NCBI GenBank assembly: GCA_004022145.1
Contig: RCNU01000003.1
Length of the DNA stretch: 64,000 nucleotides
Source: Paecilomyces variotii
Lineage: Eukaryota
Direction: 5' to 3' (one strand)
The translations under genes were made by a program, and so were the position numbers. The stretch's first letter is position 1, and the number at the start of each line of letters is the position of its first letter. The notes under the pieces were generated by a model. It ran no database searches. It was not told the DNA's origin and saw nothing but the letters and a program-made list of their open reading frames with translations. Below, one piece after another: positions 1 to 12,239 of the stretch.

Positions 1-809
1 GGTCGCTATGGCCTTTTAAGGTAAGTGCGGAAGAGCATACGATATCAGTTCTTGTGGCTAAGGAATCTGTTAATATAGATGCTCGTCATTGCGTTCCATG
101 AATTCGGACATGCCATCACAGCCTGCTGCACGGGCGGCAAAGTCGAATCGGTCTCTCTAGATCCTCACGAGGGAGGAGTAACGCACATGCGAGGCGGAAT
201 CAGCGCCATTACTCTCCCAGCTGGCTATCTTGGGTCCTCGTTGATCGGTGCTTTGCTGATATTCTGCGGCTTCGACATCGTCGCCAGCAAAATCGCCAGC
301 TTTGCCCTGGGTGTCTGTTTTCTCCTGACCCTCTGGTGGGCTCGAAGGGACTGGCTGACCATTATCACCATTACCCTGGCCATCGGATTGCTAGTGGCTT
401 TTTGGTTCATCGATCATGCTGAGCCCCTCAGATTCGTAGTGGTGAGTCTTGCTTGCAGTCATTGGCCACTGTACACAGACTAACAGAAATACTCTGCAGC
501 TCTTCATAGGCGTTATGTCAGCGCTTTACAGTGTCTGGGATATTGTAAGTCGCACTATAGCTGTCCCTTTCCATATAAGTACTAACGACGTGTTGCTAGT
601 GTGATGATCTCATCTTACGGTCTGTTCCTAGCTCTGACGCCAGTGTTTTCGCAAAGAGATACGGTGGCTCTTCTCAATGCTGGGGCATTATCTGGTCATT
701 CATAGCTCTCGCATTTATGGCTATTGCCATCGTTGCTGGGATCGCTGCATTCCCTGAATCCTTCAGCCAGCAAGAGTCCGACTCCGAACACTTTATCCCG
801 ACCCGTTGA
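1..809 (+). CDS. Peptidase M50B-like membrane protein (5' partial, spliced)
   Basis: HEFGH zinc motif in AFHEFGHAITA, LPAGYLGSS motif and several TM segments. GT-AG introns at ~21-78, ~442-499 and ~545-599. Last exon ends ...HFIPTR-TGA at 807-809. Confidence 0.85.
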
Positions 810-1481
810 CGCTTGCAAGGTTATCCCTGACGAATTTCTTTTATTCTGGAGCATGATCATGATACCCGAACTTGTTCTACCGTTCTTCTTTCTCATGGGC
901 TTCTTGGCGTACTCTTTTTATCATTTCCGACAATGGACTTCCTGCTTGTAGTTAAATAGGATGACGCAGTAGTCATGCTGGAGTATCAGTTGATCCACTT
1001 TGGCTTTTGGAATCTTACCTGTTCATTTCTCTACCAGCCATTATACTTACCAATCCACATCGATAGCATGTGCTCGAACATGATATCTCCCCACGGGTCG
1101 TCGTTCTTACTAGAGACTAGTTCATTTGTATTGCGCACTTAGGAGTGGGCTACTCTCCGCAAGGACCCTACCCTAATTAAGGTATACGGGAACGATGTCG
1201 CAAATGCTAGTAGTAATAGTGGGTCTGTTTAGCCCTAGAATGCTGCTTGAAGCTTTGTGATAGATACATCGGGAAGATACCGAAAACTCATAGAAAGAGC
1301 AGCTACCCACCGATAAAATGCGATCGATTCCGACCAGTACGTATTTTAGGCTATCGGACACTTAACCATCTCAGGATCTCGGGCGCGAATTAGCCTTGCT
1401 AGCGTCCAGGAACAAGGTTAAGCAAGCGCATCTTTCCGCCCGTTTTTTGACTCCGCTATTTGGAGAATATCAATGGCAGCT

Positions 1482-1490
1482 CCCACGTGG
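1482..1490. promoter_or_regulatory. Candidate Pho4/NUC-1/PalcA bHLH site (CCCACGTGG)
   Basis: CACGTG core at 1484-1489, reading CACGTGGG on the minus strand, ~330 bp upstream of an acid phosphatase ATG. Function is inferred. Confidence 0.4.
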
Positions 1491-1818
1491 TGTATGTGCG
1501 CTCTGGCTGTGGTAGTTGACATTCTTAGTGATATGCAGTTCTTGAAGAGAACTACAATGTGGCGCATAGTAGCTGGCTCCATGGAAGACTCTGCTAGGTG
1601 ATGATTCTTATAAGTAATTGATGTTCAACATGCGTACCACCGCAAGATTTGCTTGTTCTCAGGGTAGCGGCTTTGCGCCATTCAGGTTCGCCTCACTTAT
1701 TTCCTTTCTGTATTGTCTCTGGAGGGTCCTATAGGACAGAATATTCAGTAATATTTATTTATATTTGGAAAACCCTTGCCGTTTGCACATAGACTCGATT
1801 GAACGACAGTCTTACATC

Positions 1819-3729
1819 ATGAAAGCCTTCTGGATGCTGGGCCTCGGTTCAGCTGCGCCCACAGTAGCATTCGATGTGCTTCAACATCTCGGCGGAAATT
1901 CTCCCTGGTTTGCTAGTACGAACCGCTTCTATAGTCCTACCGCTTGTTCTAGCTGAATGTTGACCTCCCAGGTCCCAATGTCAATAACATATCCCCGCAG
2001 GTTCCAGATGGATGCACAGTCGATCAGGCTGTATACATCGTCCGTCATGGTAGTCGGTATCCTGATCCCAGTGCATATCAACAATGGCTCGCGCTATATG
2101 ATAAGGTATGGTATTGTTATCCCTCTAATTTCCCAACCTCAGTTCAGAAATTAGACTAAGCGTTTCCTGGTAGATCCAATCCTCCCAGTATAACGCATCA
2201 GGGGCCCTGGCCTTCTTACCTGATTGGACTCCTGTTCTAAGACATCCCGATCAAGAGCTCTCCCAGGTGTCCATTACAGGCTACAAGGAGTTGTATGTTC
2301 TATACATATCGACTGATTGAAAGTAGGTAGATTGGCTTTTGCCCGTTAACTTCGAGATAGATATAACTTGGGCGCCGACCTACGCTTCCGCTATCCCACA
2401 TTCTATACAGACAATACCCCTTACCTTCTCTGGGCTAATGATTACGAGAGAACCATTGATTCCGGCAGGTATAGACACATATCCCGCATCCATCTAGTTA
2501 GTTAGTCAGTTCCTAACCTCCCAAACCAAACCAGACTCTTCGCCCGCGGCTACCTCGGCCCCAACTCCAGCTACGGCGACATCTACGTCGTGAACGCAGA
2601 CACCGCTTCAGCCATAGGCAACTCCCTAGCTACATCGGACTTGTGTCCGAATTTCCAAGATTCAAGTGGCGGAGCATACGCCTCGACCTGGGATAGCATC
2701 TACCTACCGCCGATCACAAAAAGGCTCAATAATCTCTTAAATGGGAACCTGACTTTTTCAGATTCAGATGTTTCCAACTTTCCTTATTTATGCGGATTCG
2801 AAAGCCAAATCACAGGCTCGAAGAGTCCGTGGTGTGATGTTTTGGAAAATGAAGAGATTTTGCAATATGAATATCGTCAGGATTTGAGATATTATTATGG
2901 TACAGGTAAGATAGACCTTATAATTTGATTTACTATTGTCCGACATATGCATGGGTGTGTGTATGTGTTGTGTTTATATATATCAACATTGAAATTCACA
3001 ATCCCTTCCCATAGGTCCCGGCGCAGAAAAGAACATGACTGTCATGATGCCCGTTCTCCAAGGCGTGGTGGATTTATTACAGAAAGGCCTGAATGCCACA
3101 ACGGTGTCCGGCGATAATAGCACGATTACATTACCCCAGCTCATCGTGGCTTTCACACATGATAATCAAATCAATGAATTGGCGTCGATTCTGGGAGTTT
3201 TCGATCACCAGGTGCCGTTGTCTTGGACGGGGGTTGATTGGGATCGGGTACGTACCTAATTTATTAAAATGGGGTACGATTTGTTTCGAGCTGATTGAAA
3301 TGTGTATATGAATAGATATATAGGAGCAGTAATATAACTCCGATGCGAGGAACGATTGCCTTTGAGCGTTTGCAGTGCGCTGTGGCATCTACGGGTTCTT
3401 ATGAACAGACCGGGAAGCAGGTAACTCTTCGCATTCTACTGAATGATGCTGTGTATCGTAAGGACCACTTCATTTACCTTTCTCTGTTATGAATATTCAT
3501 TAGCTAACAAGACACTTATCAAGCGCTTCCATTCTGCCATTCCGGGCCCGGGTCCAGCTGTCCATTGGGAGATTACGTAGAGTATGTAACCAAGAAACGG
3601 AAGGAGTACGGGTCGTTTGCTTCCATTTGTGGGTTACCGGAGACGAGTGTCACGACTGCTCAGGTGGATGGGGCTGTTAGTTTCTTTACGGATCTAACAC
3701 TTCCGTTTTTGAGCGTTGTGAAGCCATAG
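1819..3729 (+). CDS. Secreted histidine acid phosphatase / 3-phytase family protein (~7 introns)
   Basis: Signal-peptide-like N-terminus MKAFWMLGLG, HLGGNSPWF, catalytic RHGSRYP in exon 2, and HD motif in AFTHDNQINE. Stop TAG at 3727-3729. Confidence 0.9.
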
Positions 3730-3867
3730 TAAGAGGCGATTGCGTCAAGGTATGGATGTGATTTTTGTTATATATAGACAGGATTCAATGACTGTTTGTT
3801 GGTGACAATGCTGCAGTGTAAATTTAAATCGAGATATAAATATAATCGCACTAGTCAGTCACAAGGC

Positions 3868-5924
3868 CTATTTCACTGCAACATGCTCTGGCTGAGTATT
3901 CCCATCATTAGATCCATTCGAGACCTCCTGATCACTCTCAGATTCAGACCCGACCGTCATCTTGGGACCTGTGAACCATTTCCGCGCGGAGAGAACATAA
4001 TACAATAGCGCACCTAGCCAAATTGCGCAGTTGATGACAACGGTATAGTTCATATCGTCCGCTGTATTGAGAGTTAGAATTAGCTGAAAATAGGGCATTA
4101 TAGGAAAGGAACACTTACGACTTGGATTAGGTCCCGTAGTGGGGAACATGCACAGAATAATTACAAAAAGCAGGTAAACGATAGCTGTGATAGCGATAGG
4201 CTTGCTCATCCAGCCAGTATAGAAGGCGCCGGGACGGAACTTCTCCTGACCCCAGAAGAGACGGCAGAAGATGGGCGTTCCCCATGCGACATCATTACCG
4301 GCAACAGCGAGCGAGAAGAGAGCATTAGAGGCGGCCTCGTCAATCAAGCAGAGAAGTCCAATGATGACGGCAGCTGCGACGACGCCCCAGATCATACGAA
4401 CGGGCTGGAAGCGGATGCGTTTGCTGACATGTCGGAAAAAGCTGGAGAATGGGAGTGCGCCGTCGCGGGAGAAAGCCCAACTTTGTCGAGAAGCAGCGAT
4501 GACCTGTGTTTGAAATTAGTATGAGATTCGGAGGGATCAGAACGAGGCAAATGTACATACCAAACTCAAGCCCATGAAAAACTGAACGATCGTCAGGACG
4601 GACATGAATCCAAGAGCGCCTTTCTTCCCGAGGGCATCATAATATATCTAGTTGGATATTATTAGATTATATTCTAATAGAAAGTAGTTGCTCATTAGCA
4701 ATCAAAGCTCACCTGCGCCATAGGCTGTCCAAAGCTAGTATTGAGGACAGCAGTCAAGTCCTTGTCGATAACGGCCGCAATGATGCAGAGACAGAGGAAT
4801 CCAAGAGCCCAGCACGATCCTATTGACCACAAAATACCGAGTGGCACAGCACGGGCAGCGTGTGTCGCCTCCTCGCTCATGTGCACGCAAGAATCAAAAG
4901 CGCCAATGGTCCAAATTGGCGACAGCCAAGCCAGCATGAATGCCCAGCCAGACGGCCAAGTGGTGAGGTTTTCGACATGACCGAAAACATAGCCACCAGA
5001 ATTTACCGGCCCATTGTTGTGAGCCTTCCCAATGGGAAGCGCAATGACTGTAGCCAACACAAGTCCGACATTGGCATAGATGCAAGCAGACTGGATCTTG
5101 GGCATAATGCGACCGAAGAACGTTGCGAGAAACCCGTGGCAGATCACACAAGCAACGTATGTGCCGTATACGACAGGGCGAGAAGCTGACCATTCACCAT
5201 CGCGGGTAATGGAGATGAGCGAAAGCAACATGAGAGCGAAACCATCTGCCCACAATTTAGTAACAGTATATGGCAGGCGGCTAACTCAATCACCACGTAC
5301 AATCGATCGAACAGATGCCTCCTATCAATCCGAGGGTATTACTGTAACCGACGAGGAAACTCAATGGCTTCTTGTATTTGTCTGCGGCAAAATAATGGGT
5401 CCACCAATATAGGCCTCCAGCCGTGGGCATTGCAGATGCGAGATCAGCCTAGAGGTACTCGCTCGTTAGAGCTGTCTCTGAGCAGAAAAATGCAGATATT
5501 CCAAGGCGACGTACCATTGCGAGACCGACTGTAAAGATGAAGAAGCTTGCGATAAACCATCCCTGTCGTACCTCCAATCAGCAACTCCATCTCACTGTAC
5601 ATGAACGCCTCATTAGACATACCCAGACCATTCCCACGGGACCCGCAGGGATCGAAAAGGATAGTGTCGACGCGATCGAGGGCAACAGTCCCATTATACT
5701 GAATGCGATGGCAAAGACCTGCACCGTCGAATAATGCCTCCGTAGTTCTTGTTTGTATCCCATCGCAGCTGCTCAAGTTAGCCAGTAATTCCATACCGTC
5801 ATTATTGAGTGCTCTCCATACCCAGTAGCTCTGCATCCGCCGGATCAGAGACGATCGTCCCCTCCTGAACGGCCGTGGCCGCAGATGGCCTGCGTTTGGG
5901 CTTGTCACTTAATTTCTCGTCCAT
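3868..5924 (-). CDS. APC-superfamily amino acid/GABA permease (Uga4/GabA-like), multi-exon
   Basis: MGYKQELRR, FAIAFSIMG, WTIGAFDSCVHMSEE, FSRDGALPFS and C-terminal MNYTVV...ARKWFTGP motifs. ATG at 5922-5924 (MDEKLSDK). Confidence 0.92.
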
Positions 5925-6099
5925 GGCGACGGGTGATTGACAGCAGTATAACGATTTGAAAAAGAGTCAGCAAGAAACAAAACCCACTGTCGACGCATGC
6001 CGAAATGGGCACAGGGCGGATTTGTACGCCCTACATAGCTGGCGATGGCCAACGAGCGAGCTTACCGGCCCACGCACCACTAAGATATTCGCAGTTGAC

Positions 6100-6408
6100 T
6101 GATAATACGAAAGAGGAGAAAGATAAGGCCATGACACGCTAGGGCTACATGATCCCCGCAAACTGTAGATACAAGCCGTGGAGGCAGCAGTTAGAGCGAA
6201 ACTAGAGATACCACCGCTAAAGCGCATTGGCCTCCCTTTCGCTTGAAGCCGGAATGCCTGGATGATCATGGTATTTCCAGTGGGTCATTTACTTATCAAC
6301 TCGTGGTTGTTGCAGCTTAGCTCATGGAAACGCAAGATAGTCATGCATCGCAATGGACTTGTCACGCTGTCTTGATATTCTGGAAGGGTCTTGATAAGAC
6401 ACGATAAG
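6100..6408. promoter_or_regulatory. Cluster of GATAA sites (candidate AreA/NIT2 nitrogen regulation)
   Basis: GATAA motifs at ~6101, ~6122, ~6293 (reverse), ~6393 and ~6403, within 500 bp upstream of the permease ATG. Confidence 0.4.
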
Positions 6409-7026
6409 AATAACAACCGCGTAACTGTTCATAGTTAGCTAGCTACTCCGTACTCAATTTAGTATTATTCACGCCACATCATTGTCCGCGTGTGGCGTCA
6501 AAGGGTCTCGCAATCCCGGCTGCAACTTGTTCGTGTTGGGCAACTTCACGCGTTAACTATCGAACCTATCTCAGCATGGGTGTCATTGCATAGGTTATCT
6601 AGGCTCTTTATCGAGGATGTCCACGACAAAATGGACTCCAATAGGGTCACGTACGTTTTAGTGCTACCGCTTCTGAAACAGCCTGCAAGTCTTCTCGATC
6701 GTCGCATTCTCCGATAGGTGCATGAGCGCTAAATACTACTTACGCTTGGGCCTCAGTATACAGTTATGACCCCTCTACTTCTTCCTTTCAGATCGAAATC
6801 AAGACGCTTGTATTTTCGTGGCTGTCTACTATGAACAGTTGTGAATTATAATCAGACAATTCTCCTACCGTCTGTGATATCCTTCCCTCATAGCTTACTC
6901 TCCTCTCGTCCACGGCATCAAAGCGACATTGCTATGCTGTTGCTGTCGCAATTAAGCTCTGATAGTATGGACCAAAGCCTGATCCATATCCACCCTCAGT
7001 GCACATAACTGTTTTCCTGCCGGATG

Positions 7027-8077
7027 CTAAACTACAGATCTTGATTGAGGGGAACCCGGCGGCAATTCATGCTCAGGAGTGACTGTATCATCCGATAGAC
7101 CTCTCGTATGTCCCTTCCTTCCTTGAGGGGATATCGCCCGGTCTAGGTTTCCTGACTGTAGCTGGGCCTCCAGTTCATTGTAATCCTGACCAGGGTTACA
7201 GGTCTGGTAGCGCAATTGCTTCAGCAGAGCGAAAAATCCGGATGCCAGCAGTGAGCCAAGCAGAGGACCAACCCAGTAGATCCAATGGTATCCGGGAAAC
7301 TGCCTGTTTATCACATCTGGTCCGAGAGACCTCGCAGGGTTGAGGGAACCACCAGTGTAGTAGATTCCTAATCCGTCAGAACAGCCCATGGCAGAGACAA
7401 GAAGACGTGAGACATACCAATCATCTCGGTGACGAAGAAGGTCAGGCCAATTCCTACTGGGGCCAGGAACGTGGACTTGTGCTTCACGGCAGCTAGCATA
7501 ATGATAACGAAGACAAGCTGCGCCGTCAAGAACACTTCGATAAACAAGCCTTGGGATATAGATGCACCTCCACCCAACCTGGTCCCGACATTGAGGGCGC
7601 CTGGAAAAAGTGCTGACACCACTCCAGCTGCCGCGATTCCACCCACAAGTTGGGAAGCAAAGACTAATACACTCCGGACAGCGGGAAGTCCTCCAACGAG
7701 GAAAAGAGCAAGCGTGACCTATCATTCGTTAGCTAGTTCTTCAATGCTACCAATGTCATCAATACCGAAGGATTGAACAGGCCTCCTGTGACCCTGTAAA
7801 ACGCCCACACATTGACTGTCAATGAGAATCCAAAACTGAGGGATGCATAGAGAAGGTTGGACGTATTCGGATTGGCGCCATCAGGGGGTTTTGGCGTATT
7901 AGAGATCTGCGTCCCAGCAAAGGAAAAGAACAAAAACAGAAAGGTTCCCACGAATTCCCCAATAACGGCGATGATGTTGTTCCGCGTACTGTCGGGGAGA
8001 TTCAGCATGGGGAGCTGACTTCTATGAGTGGAGAGTGACATGGTGCTCCCTGAGCGATTTTTCGAAAGGAATGTCAT
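7027..8077 (-). CDS. Aquaporin (MIP family), 2 introns
   Basis: GEFVGTFLFLFF, loop B TGGLFNPS|VTL, loop E TGGSLNPARSLGP and HWIYWVGP. Confidence 0.95.
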
Positions 8078-9044
8078 CTCGAAATTGCTCCAATGGAGAT
8101 ACTGCTAATGGGAACCGAAAACTGATATGAAGAAAAATGTCGCTTTCCTCTGCTTGACTCCAATGTCAGGTGAAGAAAACTCCTTCGAAGCACCTATATA
8201 GTCCGGCATATTGGTGGCTCTTCCAACGAGACAAAAATCTCAAGACGTCACGACCCTACAAGACTAGTTGAGGTCCAATGTACTGTACCTACAGGACAAG
8301 CAGAGATCATGCACGTAGCCCTGGTCAATCCCCCGCAAAATTGCTCTACTATGTCACTGGGATATTACTGAATGCTGGGTGTATGTCTCGGAACGTCCGT
8401 TTCTAGAGTTGACTCCAGATTCCATGTGCAAAGAAACAGAATTGATAGGTCGAGGGTTACCTTGGATATAAGTTAGGACCGTTCTCGACTCGAGTCGTTC
8501 AAACGCCACAGGCATGGGTTGGAGATATGTCGCATCCCCGATGATGTTCATGATGCCGTGTTGGCCCATGGTTCAAAGGCGTTTTTCTTCAGCCATAACC
8601 AGGAGCTCCTGCGGAGACATACTGGTATCTCTGCCTTATACTTCTTCCACTTCTATCGTGGTATGTAAAACTCTAACCGTCTAATCCTTACCAGTTCATG
8701 ATCCAACCTCGCAAGTGTGCCCGGAAGCGGTGATATATTCCTCTCTGAAGGTCGAAAGAATAAACCATATAGCTGGTACTCAGTAAGCCACAGACTGCGT
8801 CGATTAACCATTCGAGCAGTCTACCGAAGAAATATTGCCGGAATAGCACTGCGTTCCATGGATGATGACCATCCAGTGGCAGCATGGACGAGTCATGGTT
8901 AGCATTGCAGTCACCAGTCCAAAAAGAGTCCGTATGGTTCAAACACACGAAGATAACATATTCCTGCGACATTCAAAGGCAGTGACATATAAGACACAGG
9001 ACTATGGTGAGATGTTCTTCTTCTTAAGATGGATCAAAAGCGAT

Positions 9045-9142
9045 TGTGGTCTTTTCTTATGTCATCTAGCTTAGTCATTCTCTACTATATAGCCTTAGGC
9101 ACAGATATCTCTTAGTAATTAACTTTTTTCTTCTGAATAATA
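9045..9142 (+). repeat. 5' LTR of outer element (98 bp)
   Basis: Aligns gap-free with 25029-25126, with 11 differences, all transitions. Confidence 0.95.
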
Positions 9143-9599
9143 TCTAGTAGTATATCTAAATATCTAGATTAGGTAATAATAAGGGGATTATATAAGCCTA
9201 GAAGGCTATAGCCTAAATAGGCTAATATTATTATATTATAATATTAATAATTATAATAATTATTATATTACTATATATAAAAAAGCTTAAAATATAATAT
9301 TAAATATAAAAGATACTATTTATTTAATAATATAGCAGTTAGCTATAATAATAATAATATAATAATATATATAATATTAAGAAAACTTAAATTTAGATAA
9401 TAATAACTTAAACTTTATCTTATAACTTTTTATTTATACTAAATTAAGTAAATATAAAATATTTCTAAACCTAATCTTACTGCTATACTTAGGAAAAAAA
9501 AAACAAAGATAAAGAATTATATTAAAATTTAATTTATAATAATATATTAGCTATAAAGGGTAAATAATAGAATATAAATATACCTTTATTATAAAAAAA

Positions 9600-11117
9600 A
9601 CTAAGATAAATATTTAATAATTACTTTAATAATTAAAATCTTAAATAACTATAATAACTATAATAGAAGACTTAGTTAATTATATTAGCTATATAGACCT
9701 AAATAAAAATAACTAATTAATATTAGGTATTAAAATATTTAATTTAAGATAACCTCTTTTAACTTTAGAATAAGCTATAAATATTATAATACTAAACTTA
9801 TTATAACTAAATCTTAATTTATTAAGTCTCTTAGCTTAAATTACTAATAATATTATTAATATTATTTAGGTATAAATAATATAAATAATAGGCCTTAATA
9901 ATAGACTTAGATTTAAGCTTAAAACCCCTTTTTTATATAAGAGTAAATATAATATAGAACTTTTAAAAGTTTAAAAGTTTAAAATTTATAATTATATTTA
10001 ATAATATAATACTAAAGACTAGTTTAAGAATTAATAAGAAATTATATAATATTATATTAAATTTTTAAGAGGTAATATAAGATTAATATAAGAAACTTAA
10101 TCTAATAATATTAAGATAAGAAGAGCTATAGAGTTTAATATCTTAGATAATTAGTTATAGTAGATCTTAATATTATATAAAAATATTAATTAAAAAGTAT
10201 ATAACTATAATAAATATTATTAATTAATATAAATATATTTTATTATAAAATATACTATTAAATTACTTATATTATAATAATAATTTAACTCTCTTCTATT
10301 AAATTATAAACTTAAGGAATACTTTATTTAAAGATTAAAAACCTATATTTATAATTATATAGAAGAAAATCTAGACTATAATAACCTTAATTATATAGAT
10401 TATATTATAATAGCTAATAGATTTAATCAGTAATATATAGCTATATATATATATAATACCCGCTAATACTTAAAGTAATAATCTTAATAATTATATACTA
10501 TAAGCGGTAAATAAAAGTTATTAATAATTAAGCTAATACTAGATTAATTATAATAATAAGTATAGTTATAATACTTATCTTATTCTTTTAAAATAATATT
10601 ACTAAAAAATACTCTATAAAAGAATATTTTAGAATAGACTAACTATTATTAGAAGAATTACCTTTATTTCTAATATAATTATATAAGATATTAAACTTAT
10701 AATTATAATAAAAAAAGATATTTCTTTAATTAAAATTATTAACTAAGATAATAATTATCTTATATAATAAAGTTAATATTTTATTTTTTAAACCTATATT
10801 ATTATAGTTATAATAACTTAAAAAATAGTTAATATTAATCTTATAATTACTCTAATAGTAAGATTAAATTTCTTAGTCTAATACTGCCTCGCTATCGCGT
10901 TTTCTTTAATATACTAAATAAAAACCGCTAATATATTATAGCTATTTTATAACTATTTAAATAAGACTAATTTTATATAGAAAATTCTAGACAATATATT
11001 ATAATAATTAAAGCCTATAAAATTAATAAATAATAAAGCTATCTAGATAAATATCTCTACTTACTCTTAGGAAAAGTTATAAAAACTATAGGGGGTAAGT
11101 TTCTATTTAAAACTTAA
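9600..11117 (+). pseudogene. RIP-degenerate gag of outer element (approximate bounds, interrupted by inner element)
   Basis: Purine-rich sense strand, position between LTR and protease, and a gag-like de-RIP reading around 9900-10090. Confidence 0.55.
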
Positions 11118-11262
11118 TGTTATAGATATAGGCCTGCTCTAGCTATACCGCCCGCATAGCGAGGCAGTACTATATCGCCTTTAATATACTTAGTAGTAAT
11201 ATCTCCTAGTTAGAAGAATTAACCTTTTTATATCTTTATTTTACTATAGCTATACTATTATA
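11118..11262 (+). repeat. 5' LTR of inner element (145 bp)
   Basis: Aligns gap-free with 19385-19529, with ~24 differences, all transitions. Confidence 0.95.
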
Positions 11263-11284
11263 AATAGTAGTATATTTTAATTAA

Positions 11285-12120
11285 TTAGAGTATTCTTTAT
11301 TATCTTTATTTTAAGCTTTAAGACTTTAAGATTATTAGACTTTAATTAACTAAGCCTATTATCTCGCATAGAGTACTATATAAATAATAAAGACTACTCT
11401 AATATTACTATAGTACTATAAGTCTATATTTAATCTTACTCTCTCTATTTAATAATATTTACCTATAATTTTACTATAAGCTATCTCTATAGCCTTTTAG
11501 CTTATTATATTTTAATAGAATTAATCTAGTTTTAAAGACTAGTTTCTTTAATCTATTCTATTTCTTATTAATTTTATTATTTTATTTTATTTAGCTCTAT
11601 AGAGTCTAATCTTAACTGCTAATTATCTTAGTATTACTATAATTATATTAAGGGGCAGTATTACTCTATATATAAGATCTTTTACCTTCCCCGCTAACTA
11701 AATAATTAACTAAAGCACTTTAAACTAAGCTATAAGCAGCTTTTATAGAGTAATAAAGGCATTAGCTAATAACTCTATTTTCTTATTCTAATAATAGGAA
11801 TAAAAGGTATTCTTAAAAAAAGAAGTAATATAAAAATTAATTAATTTATTAAGCTATAGCTACTTTAAGATATTATTATTATATTTAATATAAGTAAGAG
11901 TCTCCTTTAACCTTTAAGGAAATACCTTAGCATTCTTAAACTAAGAATATTTTATACCTAAATATCTTATAAATATCTCTAATATTTTCTTAGACTTTTC
12001 TAAGATATAGTTAAGATTACTATATATAGGAATTAACTTTTACCCTTTAATTTTTAATATAGGTTAATTGCCTTTAAGTAATAAGACTAATCTAAGTAAT
12101 AATATTATAATTAATTAATA
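11285..12120 (-). pseudogene. Putative RIP-degenerate antisense accessory ORF between the 5' LTR and gag of the inner element
   Basis: The minus strand is purine-rich here. One minus frame has ~12 stops per 160 codons versus ~22 in an adjacent frame (hand count 11581-12060), and surviving G is biased to codon position 1. Confidence 0.5.
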
Positions 12121-12239
12121 ATAGGATAAAGAAATAAGTAGTATAAAAGATAAAAGACTTATATATAATATAATATTACTATTAGTTAAAGGTAGAGATA
12201 TAAATAATAATATTAAGGCTAGACTATTAATTAATATTA

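Noticed and set aside
10882-11169. 14-nt inverted match TACTGCCTCGCTAT (10882-10895) to the inner 5' LTR (~11156-11169)
   Set aside because: The match does not extend into an inverted LTR copy. It is curious, but cannot be distinguished from chance.
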